Source of the DNA: Candidatus Anstonellales archaeon | GTDB lineage: Archaea > Micrarchaeota > Micrarchaeia > Anstonellales > J096 | Length of the DNA: 64,000 bases | Assembly: GCA_038896535.1 (NCBI GenBank) | Contig: JAWACY010000002.1 | Location: 14,473-78,472, forward strand | Direction of reading: 5' to 3' | In this document: one piece after another, positions 35,872 to 44,600 of the stretch | Layout: the number at the start of each line of letters is the position of its first letter | Position numbering within the stretch: position 1 is the stretch's first letter | The notes under the pieces: model-generated | Databases searched by the model: none | Told to the model about the DNA's origin: nothing | The model's input: the letters and a program-made list of their open reading frames with translations, nothing else | Position numbers and translations under genes: made by a program

Positions 35872-37005
35872 TTGCATTTTGTTGGTGGTATTATGGAATT
35901 AAAAGAAGAGGCATTAAATATACATAAGAAGCTTAAAGGAAAGATAGAGATAAAAACAAAGGCAAACATGAAAACACAGGAAATGCTGAAACTTCTTTAT
36001 ACTCCTGGCGTTGCTGAAATAAGCAAAGAAATAATGAAAAATAAAGATAGCATATATGATTATACTTGGAAGAGCAGTGTAATAGCAATATTGAGCAATG
36101 GAACAAGATTGCTTGGATTGGGCAATGCAGGGCCTTATGCAGCATTGCCAGTTATGGAAGGAAAAGCAGCTTTATTCAAATCATATGCTAATGTTGATGC
36201 AGTGCCATTGTGCGTTGATTTATATTCTTTAGAAGAGCTTGAAGCCTTTGCAAAGGCAATACAGCCATGTTTTGGGGGCATAAATTTGGAGGACATACAA
36301 ACAGACATTGCATTTTTCTTATATGAAAGGCTTTCTAATGAACTTGATATCCCAGTGTTCCATGATGACAGGCATGGCACTGGCATTGTTGTTTTAGCAG
36401 CATTAATAAATGCATTTAAATTGACAAATAAGGGAAAAGAGGCAAAAATAACAATATATGGAGCAGGCTCAGCTGCGCTTGGAATAGCAGAAATATTAAA
36501 TGCATATGGAATGAAAAATCTTGTAATATATGATTCAAAAGGCCAGATAACAGAAAAAAGGCAAGACATAAAAGGCACATATAAAGAAGTGTTTCTCCAA
36601 TTAATAGGGGAAGAGGAAAATGAAAAGAGTGATGTATTAATAGCAACTTCAGGGCCAGGAAGCATTGATGAGAAAATGCTTAAAAACATGGCAAATGACC
36701 CAATAATATTTACTTTATCAAATCCAGAGCCAGACATTGCATATAATATAGCAAAAAAATATTCAAATATTGTTGCAACTGGAAGGAGCGATATGCCAAA
36801 TCAGGTAAATAATGTGCTTGCATTCCCAGGATTTTTCAAAGCACTGCTAAAGTACAGAATAAAAAAAGTGAAAAAGGACATGCAAATAAAGGCAGCAGAG
36901 GCAATAGCAAAAAGCGTTAGCCATTTATCTTATGATTCTATACTGCCAAGACCATTCGATAAAAATGTAATTAAAAATATATTAAAGGCTTTGAAAACAT
37001 TCTAA
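35872..37005 (+). CDS. NAD(P)-dependent malic enzyme (short form)
   Basis: Motifs present are LYTPGVA, PVMEGKAALFK, GGINLEDI, FHDDRHGTGIV, YGAGSAALG and NNVLAFPG. The likely ATG start is at 35893. Confidence 0.88.
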   Translation: MHFVGGIMELKEEALNIHKKLKGKIEIKTKANMKTQEMLKLLYTPGVAEISKEIMKNKDSIYDYTWKSSVIAILSNGTRLLGLGNAGPYAALPVMEGKAALFKSYANVDAVPLCVDLYSLEELEAFAKAIQPCFGGINLEDIQTDIAFFLYERLSNELDIPVFHDDRHGTGIVVLAALINAFKLTNKGKEAKITIYGAGSAALGIAEILNAYGMKNLVIYDSKGQITEKRQDIKGTYKEVFLQLIGEEENEKSDVLIATSGPGSIDEKMLKNMANDPIIFTLSNPEPDIAYNIAKKYSNIVATGRSDMPNQVNNVLAFPGFFKALLKYRIKKVKKDMQIKAAEAIAKSVSHLSYDSILPRPFDKNVIKNILKALKTF

Positions 37006-37395
37006 GACAGCATCGCAATCATTAAAACATATACTTTCAAGGCTGTGCGCCTTCAATATTCTCTTATATTTAATTTTATATGCTTTTATGCCTGCTTTTT
37101 CCTTTTCTTTTTTAATCTCTACTAAGGCATAAGCAATAATATCTTTATTTATGTTCGGCATCCACAAACAACATGGAGCATTGAATAATATGCTTTCTTT
37201 ATTTTCAGAAAACATATGGCCAATTAATTTTGCAATTATTGTATCAGCAACTCTTATATTTGCCATTTTTCTACCATGCTTTTTGTAAATTATAATATTC
37301 TCTTTTTTCCATGGATAAAAAATGGCAATTGGGTATAAAAATAAGAGAAGAAATTCAACTAATAGGCTTAACATTTTTATCAGATAAAAATGCAT
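36982..37395 (-). CDS. Possible DUF192-family protein
   Basis: VADTIIAKLIGHMF....ILFNAP..LWMPNINKDIIAYAL resembles the DUF192 pattern (A.t...GLM...mlF...fWM.nt..plDi.f). The N-terminus is hydrophobic. Confidence 0.4.
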   Translation of the reverse strand: MHFYLIKMLSLLVEFLLLFLYPIAIFYPWKKENIIIYKKHGRKMANIRVADTIIAKLIGHMFSENKESILFNAPCCLWMPNINKDIIAYALVEIKKEKEKAGIKAYKIKYKRILKAHSLESICFNDCDAVLECFQSL

Positions 37396-37406
37396 GTGCT
37401 TTTAAC

Positions 37407-39710
37407 CTATGTCTTTGCCTGTATCAATGAAGTTTCCACCCTTTCCTTTGTTTCTTTGAATCTTGCTACTTCTTTATTAAGAAATTCAGCAAATTTTTCA
37501 TTCCAGTCATTTTCTGCTTTTATGAAATCTACAATGCCTTCCTTATCCTCATACTTTAGCATTATTCTATTTGCCAATGTATTAGCATTCAAAAAGAAAT
37601 CAAGCTGTAAAAGCTCTTCTATGCCAGTTTTTATACTTGCATTATATATGTCATAGAAAACCTTTCCTTTATAAAATGCTTGTAATATGTATTGCTCTGC
37701 TGGAATGCCGGTTTCTTCTGCCCTTCTCTCAAGCAATGGAGGCAGGAACTTTATTTTCAAGTTATCTTTAACGCTTTTTATGCTGAAATTGCTGAAATCC
37801 ATTATTGAAGCCTCTTTATTATCTAAGAATAAGCAATTTACTGTTGCCTCTTCTATGCTATAACCTCTTGAAAACTCAAAGATCTTTTTAAACTGCCTTT
37901 GTTTTCTGTCGCTTTCAAACTCATAGCCCAAAACCCTGTAAGTCCTGCCCCTTCTTCCATACTTTATCTTTTTAAGGAATGTATACCTATCAGTTGCGAA
38001 CATGCTTGCTCCTGGAATGCCGAATACAAGCTCGAGCCTTTCCCTTATATCATCTAAGCTCTCTGCATGTAAGTTATAGAGCAGGAAAACCCCTGGCTGT
38101 GTATTCAATAAATTAATAATGCCCTGCATTGCAACCCTGCTTCTAACTTCATTTATTATTAATGCTGCATCGCCCATTCTTAATAATGCGTTTGCCATTG
38201 TAACAAGATCAAGCTCAGGCCCAGTTCTAACTTCCTGTTCTGAAGGAGCAACCTTTGCTGCACCTATATGAAAGCCCCTTTTTCTATAAGCCCTTACTGG
38301 TATCTCCCATATATCCTGCACTGGTATTATCCTTCTATTTGGCCCTATTGCTGTTATTTTCGCAGCAGTAAAGCTCGTTTTTCCTACTCCTTTTACTCCT
38401 AAAACAGCTTCACTTGCTCCTAATGTTACAGCAACATCATCAAAACCAGCAAAAAATGGAGTCATGGATTTATAAAATAAATATTGAGCATATGTAAATG
38501 GCTCTTCTGCTAATAATCTTAAAGCGCCCTGCAATTCTCCAAATGTTGCTGGCGGCCTCTGCATATGTGCTCTTAATGCCAATCTTTTTACTACAACATC
38601 AACAACAGGGTTTTTCTCATCAAACCTGCTTCCTTTTTCGCTGAATACTGCATTCAAAAATGCCCTTTCTAAAAGCTCTATTGGATATCTATAAAGTGTA
38701 TGCACAATACCAAAGTTCTTATGGTCTAAATATATCGGAGCATTTTCTGCATCTATGTAAATATCTGTTACATATTTCCTATCAAGGAATATGTCTTCTA
38801 AAGGCCCGCCCATGCCAACAACCCAATTTGTTGCTTCTCTTGCCATTACTAAAGCTTGCCTTGGTGTTAAGTCAATATTCCTCTGCAAAGATTGTTCCAT
38901 AAACCACTGCTTATATTGGTTTATCTTTAAACTGTAAAGCACATTCAAATCTTTACCGACCATGCTTTCTCTTAATTCATTTGCAATCAACTCCTTCAGC
39001 AATATTTTAGCTTCATTACTTAAACTTTCCATTGTCTTATTCCTCATTACATAGTAATACATGTCCTTTTCTTCATCTTCATATATCTGCACTTCTATAT
39101 CAAATGGTAGGGAATAATTTGCTTTTGGCCCCTGCAATGGCTTTGCAGTCTTTGGCAGATCCATTGTCAGCATATCTATGAAAAATATTATATTTAGCCC
39201 AAGCATTGACAGGAATGCAGTTCTTAAATTACCTGTCTTTGATACAAGTTCATACATTTTAGTCGCTGTATATCTTTTCAATATGCCCTTTACCCAAGCA
39301 AGAAATGTCAGTTGCCCTTTTAGAAACACACCCTTTGATGGTGGTGGCTCATTATACTCTTCAAGCAATCTGGCAGCACTTAAAGGTTGTGTATAAGCCA
39401 GATCTAAGAATTTTCTTAATAGCTCTACTCTTTTAGCATATTCAGGATCAGCAGGATTGCCATATATCTCTTTTCTTAATCTTAATGCCTCAACATTAGC
39501 AAGCACTTTTGCATATTCAACAAGTTTTGCTGTATTCTCTTCAGATAGAGTAAAGCTTATTTCTTCTTCATATATAATTTTCCTCGGAGGCGTGTCTAAA
39601 GCAACAAGATTTCTTATATGGTAATCAATAAATTCTGGCGTAGCAAAGCCGAATGAACATTTCCCCATATCAACAATGCCTATATCTCCTTCTAATCTTA
39701 CATCACACAT
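37407..39710 (-). CDS. Divergent type II/IV secretion-family (FlaI/PilB/VirB11-like) ATPase with a long N-terminal region
   Basis: Walker A is GVKGVGKTS. The segment ALLRMGDAALIINEVRSRVA corresponds to the family box aLR..PD.i.vGEiR. The segment FLLYNLHAES corresponds to T.HA. The protein is 767 aa. Confidence 0.65.
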   Translation of the reverse strand: MCDVRLEGDIGIVDMGKCSFGFATPEFIDYHIRNLVALDTPPRKIIYEEEISFTLSEENTAKLVEYAKVLANVEALRLRKEIYGNPADPEYAKRVELLRKFLDLAYTQPLSAARLLEEYNEPPPSKGVFLKGQLTFLAWVKGILKRYTATKMYELVSKTGNLRTAFLSMLGLNIIFFIDMLTMDLPKTAKPLQGPKANYSLPFDIEVQIYEDEEKDMYYYVMRNKTMESLSNEAKILLKELIANELRESMVGKDLNVLYSLKINQYKQWFMEQSLQRNIDLTPRQALVMAREATNWVVGMGGPLEDIFLDRKYVTDIYIDAENAPIYLDHKNFGIVHTLYRYPIELLERAFLNAVFSEKGSRFDEKNPVVDVVVKRLALRAHMQRPPATFGELQGALRLLAEEPFTYAQYLFYKSMTPFFAGFDDVAVTLGASEAVLGVKGVGKTSFTAAKITAIGPNRRIIPVQDIWEIPVRAYRKRGFHIGAAKVAPSEQEVRTGPELDLVTMANALLRMGDAALIINEVRSRVAMQGIINLLNTQPGVFLLYNLHAESLDDIRERLELVFGIPGASMFATDRYTFLKKIKYGRRGRTYRVLGYEFESDRKQRQFKKIFEFSRGYSIEEATVNCLFLDNKEASIMDFSNFSIKSVKDNLKIKFLPPLLERRAEETGIPAEQYILQAFYKGKVFYDIYNASIKTGIEELLQLDFFLNANTLANRIMLKYEDKEGIVDFIKAENDWNEKFAEFLNKEVARFKETKERVETSLIQAKT

Positions 39711-40266
39711 GGCCCAAACCCCTCAATATATTTGTTGTTTTTATTATATCTGGTTTATATGCAACATTAATTTTTATTGATTTCGCATATGGCAGATGAA
39801 AAACAAGCTGGTCATAACCAAATGCAATGATATCTGGCTTTATAAGATTCGCTGTTTCCAGTAAATTTTCAACTCCAGGAATTGCTAGGTCAACAAATTT
39901 CAAACAATTAACAAGCTCGACCCTTTCATTTTGATTGTGGAATGGCACTCTCCCTTTTTGCTTTGCTATGTCATCTTTTGCTACAATAACAATAAGGACA
40001 TCGCCAAGCTTTTTTGCTTCTTTTAATGTGAGTATATGCCCATAATGTATGACATCAAAAACGCCGCCAGTTGCTACTACTGTTATTTTTTTTCTTGCTG
40101 CTTCCTTTAACCAATATCTGCCTTTTACAAGATTTAAATACTCATATGCCATTTCAGGTAGCTTTTCTTCTTTGCTTATACCCTTATTTTTTATTTGCAT
40201 GATATAAAGCTTTTTTATTAGCTCTTTTTCATGCTTCTTTGCTTTTCCTTCATTATATGCAGGCAT
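39703..40266 (-). CDS. Cytidylyltransferase-family nucleotidyltransferase (RibL/FAD synthase-like)
   Basis: VVATGGVFDVIHYGHILTLKEAKKLGDVLIVIVAKD contains the HxGH nucleotidyltransferase motif. The protein is 187 aa with an N-terminal extension. Confidence 0.6.
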   Translation of the reverse strand: MPAYNEGKAKKHEKELIKKLYIMQIKNKGISKEEKLPEMAYEYLNLVKGRYWLKEAARKKITVVATGGVFDVIHYGHILTLKEAKKLGDVLIVIVAKDDIAKQKGRVPFHNQNERVELVNCLKFVDLAIPGVENLLETANLIKPDIIAFGYDQLVFHLPYAKSIKINVAYKPDIIKTTNILRGLGHV

Positions 40267-40412
40267 ATATTAGATTTGTCATTATTATTTAAGAATGTTT
40301 GCTTTTTTGTTCTTGTAATTTTTTATAGAACTAATTTAAACAATGTGCAAAAATAATGTGTGAAAACGTTAGTATTTTAAATATTTATTCTTATTAGCCT
40401 TAAGGTGATAAA

Positions 40413-41027
40413 ATGGCATTGTTTGATGAAAATGTTAGAGAGCAGGTTAGGGCCTTTTTAAATAGCATGGAATCAGATGTTTTAGTAGTTTTTCACAACA
40501 AAAGCAATGAATGTGATTTCTGTCCAGATATTCAAGAACTTTTGAAAGAGCTAAATGAAATAAACAAAAAAATCAATTTCAAAGTTTTGGATGATAGCTA
40601 TGAGTTAAAGCCTGCATTGGAGATAAGGGGTAAAAATAAAGGAAAAATTGTATATTATGGCATACCATCTGGTTATGAGTTCGGGCCTTTTTTGAGTGCT
40701 TTAGTAAATGCATCAACAGGAAATGCAAAGGCCATTGATGATGAAACAAAGGCAAAAATAAAAGAAATAGATAAAGAAGTAAATATAAAGATATTTGTTA
40801 CACCATCTTGCATGTATTGCCCTGCAATAGCCCTTGCCTCATATGCATTTTCAACAATAAATGATAATATAACAACAGAAATAATAGAGGCATCAGAATT
40901 TCCTGAATTGAGTAATAAATACAAAGTAAACGCAGTGCCAAAAGTAATAATAAATGATTCAGAACAATTTGTTGGTGCAGTTTCTCCAGATGTTTTTGTT
41001 GAGAGAATAATAAAAGCTATAGGTTAA
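40413..41027 (+). CDS. Protein disulfide oxidoreductase (two thioredoxin-fold units, glutaredoxin-like)
   Basis: Two CxxC sites, CDFC and CMYC, sit in tandem thioredoxin-like halves. The protein is 204 aa, an architecture like the archaeal PDO. Confidence 0.75.
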   Translation: MALFDENVREQVRAFLNSMESDVLVVFHNKSNECDFCPDIQELLKELNEINKKINFKVLDDSYELKPALEIRGKNKGKIVYYGIPSGYEFGPFLSALVNASTGNAKAIDDETKAKIKEIDKEVNIKIFVTPSCMYCPAIALASYAFSTINDNITTEIIEASEFPELSNKYKVNAVPKVIINDSEQFVGAVSPDVFVERIIKAIG

Positions 41028-41274
41028 AGATAAAGGCTATACGTTAAAGCCATTGTTATTATATCTGCCTTTATTGTATCTACGTTTTAGGATTTGCTGG
41101 AGGGGGCAGGAGATAAAGGTTAAAGGCATTGTTATTATATCTGCCTTTATTGTATCTGCCTATTTTATTTGACCATATTTTACCATCTTTATTTGGATAA
41201 TTCATTTGGATAGTTTATTTGGATAATATATATTTAGATAATATGATTTATTCACGATTATAGTTATTCAATAT

Positions 41275-41808
41275 TTATTCAGATGGTTCTGCATAGCCAG
41301 TTTTTATCAGAATCTCTGCTTCCTCTTCCTCTATTAATACAGTGCTGCCCTCTTCAAAAGGCCCATATGATTTTTTTGTCTCCTGATTTATGTAAAGCGG
41401 GACATATTTCTTTATTTTTATCTTTTTCTTTCCATCAATATTTACTTGCTCTTTTTTTTCTTTTAACATATAGACTTGCTCTTTAAATTCATTTATATTG
41501 CTTATTACCTTTTTGCATAATGCTTTTTCTATCTCAGTTAAATTTCCAAGGTCTGCTTGCTCGCTATATGCAAGGACAAGTATTTTTCTTATTCTCTCAT
41601 CTAAAAGCCTTTCAAAAGTTGCTCTTGCACTTGAATAATCGTTATAATATAAATCTGGTTGTTGTTTTGCTTTCTTTTCTAATTCAGTTAAAAATTCTAA
41701 TGCATTTTTATAAAAGTTTTCATCAAGCTTTATTATTGCATTTCCGCTTTGCATTTCTTCCCTTAAAATGTCTCTTAATTTGCTAAACGTAAGCTTTTCA
41801 TTTGCCAT
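41275..41808 (-). CDS. DNA replication complex GINS subunit (Gins51-like)
   Basis: The N-terminal LTFSKLRDILREEMQSGNAIIKLDENFYKNALEFL, the central RIRKILVLA and the C-terminal SYGPFEEGSTVLIEEEEAEILIKTGYAEP match the archaeal Gins51 pattern. Confidence 0.65.
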   Translation of the reverse strand: MANEKLTFSKLRDILREEMQSGNAIIKLDENFYKNALEFLTELEKKAKQQPDLYYNDYSSARATFERLLDERIRKILVLAYSEQADLGNLTEIEKALCKKVISNINEFKEQVYMLKEKKEQVNIDGKKKIKIKKYVPLYINQETKKSYGPFEEGSTVLIEEEEAEILIKTGYAEPSE

Positions 41809-41926
41809 ATAGTTATTTGGAAAGATATTAAAAATATGCTTTTCTTTGTGTTTTTCTTTATGTTTTTCTTTATACTTTTCCTTTTAATTTTCCTTTGTAT
41901 TTCAGTTTTTTAACCTATTAACCCTA

Positions 41927-43171
41927 TTAATTTGACCTTTTTCTCAAGAATTTTTCCATTATATCAAAGCACATGTCAATCTTTTCCTTATCCGGCAAAA
42001 ATACGCTTCTGAAATGGTTTTTTCCTGCAGGACCAAAACCGCTCCCATGAACAAATAATAATCCATGCGTCCTTAAAATAGAAAATACAAAGTCTTTATC
42101 ATCCTTTACTACTTTGTTTTTTACAAGCGCACCAATATTCGGAAATATATAAAATGCGCCTCTTGGCCTTACATATGAAATGTCAGCTATTTCATCAAGC
42201 CTTTTCATAAAATAGTCCCTTCTTTTTCTTATTTCAAACATGAATTTTTGTTTAAATGGTTCTTTTTTCATCAAATATTGTGCTGCTCTTTGTATTGGGG
42301 CATTTGTATAAGCCCTCATTCTTGCTATTTTTGCTACAGCATCTTTTATTTGTTCTGTTTTTTTATCAGGGTTTGCAATGTACATATACCCAAATCTCCA
42401 TCCAGTGGCAAAATAGCATTTTGATATGCCATTAAAGCCAAAAACAGGCCAGTCTTTAACTATGCTGGCAAGAGAATAAAATTTCCCCTCTATGATATTA
42501 TGATCATATATCTCATCTGCTATGAGCATTAAATTTTTTTCTTTTGCTATCTTTGCTATTTCTATTAACACTTCTTTTGAATAAATACTGCCTGTAGGGT
42601 TATTTGGATTGACAATGACTATTGCTTTTGTTCTTTTATTTAATTTCCTTTTTATGTCTTCTAAATCAGGTTGCCATTCATTGCTCTCATCACATTTATA
42701 ATAAACGACCTTTGCCCCAAAAAATCTTGGATAAGTAAAAAATATTGGATATGTTGGGTTTGGAACAAGTATCTCATCTCCTTTATCAAACAACGCAGCA
42801 GAAAAAATAAGAAAAACTTCTGATATGCCATTGCCTATTATTATATTCTCTGGGTCTATGCTTATGTTGTTATGCATCTTTTCCTTTTTTGCTATTGCCT
42901 CCCTTGTTTCATATTCCCCAACAGGATCTGCGTAATAGTTATGCCCTTCATAAACAGCTTTGCAAAGCCCTTTTTTTAACTCCTTTGGCACATCGAAGCC
43001 ATTTTTTATTGGGTCTCCTACAGAAAAATCAACTATCTTCTTATTCATTTTCTTTAATTTCTCTGCCTCAACAGCAACATCCCTAATAGCATATTCTGTA
43101 TATTTCACTCTCTGTGCAATAAAGTTATCAAAATTATTATTTTTAACAAGCATAAAAAGCATAGATACCAA
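41927..43171 (-). CDS. Class I/II pyridoxal-phosphate aminotransferase (aspartate/alanine type)
   Basis: Motifs present are VNPNNPTGS and NGISKCYFATGWRFGY (PLP lysine region). The protein is about 400 aa. Confidence 0.85.
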   Translation of the reverse strand: MVSMLFMLVKNNNFDNFIAQRVKYTEYAIRDVAVEAEKLKKMNKKIVDFSVGDPIKNGFDVPKELKKGLCKAVYEGHNYYADPVGEYETREAIAKKEKMHNNISIDPENIIIGNGISEVFLIFSAALFDKGDEILVPNPTYPIFFTYPRFFGAKVVYYKCDESNEWQPDLEDIKRKLNKRTKAIVIVNPNNPTGSIYSKEVLIEIAKIAKEKNLMLIADEIYDHNIIEGKFYSLASIVKDWPVFGFNGISKCYFATGWRFGYMYIANPDKKTEQIKDAVAKIARMRAYTNAPIQRAAQYLMKKEPFKQKFMFEIRKRRDYFMKRLDEIADISYVRPRGAFYIFPNIGALVKNKVVKDDKDFVFSILRTHGLLFVHGSGFGPAGKNHFRSVFLPDKEKIDMCFDIMEKFLRKRSN

Positions 43172-43250
43172 ACATTTTTAAATGTTATTAAGCATATATT
43201 ATATTAAACAAATAAGCTGATTAGAAGCTAATTATTTTTAGATTGGGATT

Positions 43251-44525
43251 ATGAATAATGAAGACATTACTTTTACTGCTTTTGGCGGAGCAAAAGAAAT
43301 TGGAAGAAGTTGTTATATGCTTGAGAAAGACGGCAAAGCAATATTGTTAGATGCTGGCATAAAGGTTGTGAAAAATAATATATTAATGCCAGATATTGAT
43401 AAAAATAATGAATTTGATAGCGTTATATTAAGCCATGCACATACTGACCATGTTGGCATGCTACCATTAATAAAGTTTAATACTGCATATGCAACAAAGC
43501 CTACAAAGGAGTTATCAAAGCTTTTATGGGCTGACCAAAAAAAGTTGACTGGCTTGTTCGATAACAGGCTAATAAATGATGCTTATTCAAAAATAAAAGC
43601 AGTTGAATACAGAAAGCCATTTTCTTTAAATCATGTTTTTAAAGCAGAATTTTTTGAAGCAGGCCATATATTAGGCAGTGCAATGACATTAATAAATGAT
43701 AAAATATTATATACTGGGGATTTCAATACAAGCGCTTCTAGGATATTAAATCCAGCATTGCCTGTAAAAGCAGATGTCATTATTTTAGAAGGAACTTATT
43801 TGGGAGGGGAAAATAAATTTTTACCAAAAAAAGAGCTTATAAAACAGTTTTCATCAATTGTTAATAACGTGCTTAATAGAAATGGCTGTATTATAATTCC
43901 ATGCTTTGCTATAGGAAGGGCACAAGAAATATTGATAACACTAGAAGCTTTAATAAGGAGTGGAATTATAAAAAAAGTGCCGATATACATAGATGGCATG
44001 ATAAAAAAGGCTATGAAAATATACAGGCAAAATGTTATTTATGCAAGAGAGGAAATAAAAATGCGTATATTAGCAAGCCTTGATGACCCATTCATGAATC
44101 CATTATTCAAAGTTTCAAGGCATAAAAAGAGGGCTGATATAAAAAAGCCTTGCATAATAGTAAGTACCTCTGGAATGCTTAATGGTGGGCCAATATTCCA
44201 TTATTTAAATTTATTAGCAAACGATGATAAAAATATGATCTTATTTGTTGGTTATCAAGCAGAGGGTAGCAAAGGGGCTGAAATAATAAACGGAAAAAGA
44301 TTAATAGAGACAGATTATGGGGAAATACATATAAATGCTGAAGTTCAACAAATAAGGTTTCCTGGACATGCGCAACATGATGAGCTAATAAGATTTGTAA
44401 GAACAATAAAGCCAAAGAAAGCAATCTTTGTGCATTGTGAAAGAAATATTGAAAGCTTATTATCGAGTGAATTAAAGGACATTGAATTTATAATACCATC
44501 AATAAATGAAAATATCAAGTTATGA
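43251..44525 (+). CDS. Metallo-beta-lactamase / beta-CASP ribonuclease (aCPSF2-like)
   Basis: Motifs present are FGGAKEIGRSCYML and LSHAHTDHVGMLP (HxHxDH), with a C-terminal HAQHDEL...FVHCE. The protein is 424 aa and has no KH domains. Confidence 0.75.
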   Translation: MNNEDITFTAFGGAKEIGRSCYMLEKDGKAILLDAGIKVVKNNILMPDIDKNNEFDSVILSHAHTDHVGMLPLIKFNTAYATKPTKELSKLLWADQKKLTGLFDNRLINDAYSKIKAVEYRKPFSLNHVFKAEFFEAGHILGSAMTLINDKILYTGDFNTSASRILNPALPVKADVIILEGTYLGGENKFLPKKELIKQFSSIVNNVLNRNGCIIIPCFAIGRAQEILITLEALIRSGIIKKVPIYIDGMIKKAMKIYRQNVIYAREEIKMRILASLDDPFMNPLFKVSRHKKRADIKKPCIIVSTSGMLNGGPIFHYLNLLANDDKNMILFVGYQAEGSKGAEIINGKRLIETDYGEIHINAEVQQIRFPGHAQHDELIRFVRTIKPKKAIFVHCERNIESLLSSELKDIEFIIPSINENIKL

Positions 44526-44600
44526 TGATATTAGCTGATATTAATTTATGTTAGTATTATGTTATGTTTTTATTATTATATTGATATTGTCATATTCATA

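Noticed and set aside
36135-36737. Long antisense ORFs lie inside well-supported genes, for example 36135-36737 in malic enzyme, 20020-20529 in pyruvate kinase, 58769-59242, 1344-1832 in rpl11 and 1983-2507 in ftsY.
   Set aside because: They are F/S/L/I-rich low-complexity translations, typical of the antisense strand of A-rich coding DNA. Each is fully overlapped by a gene with strong family motifs.
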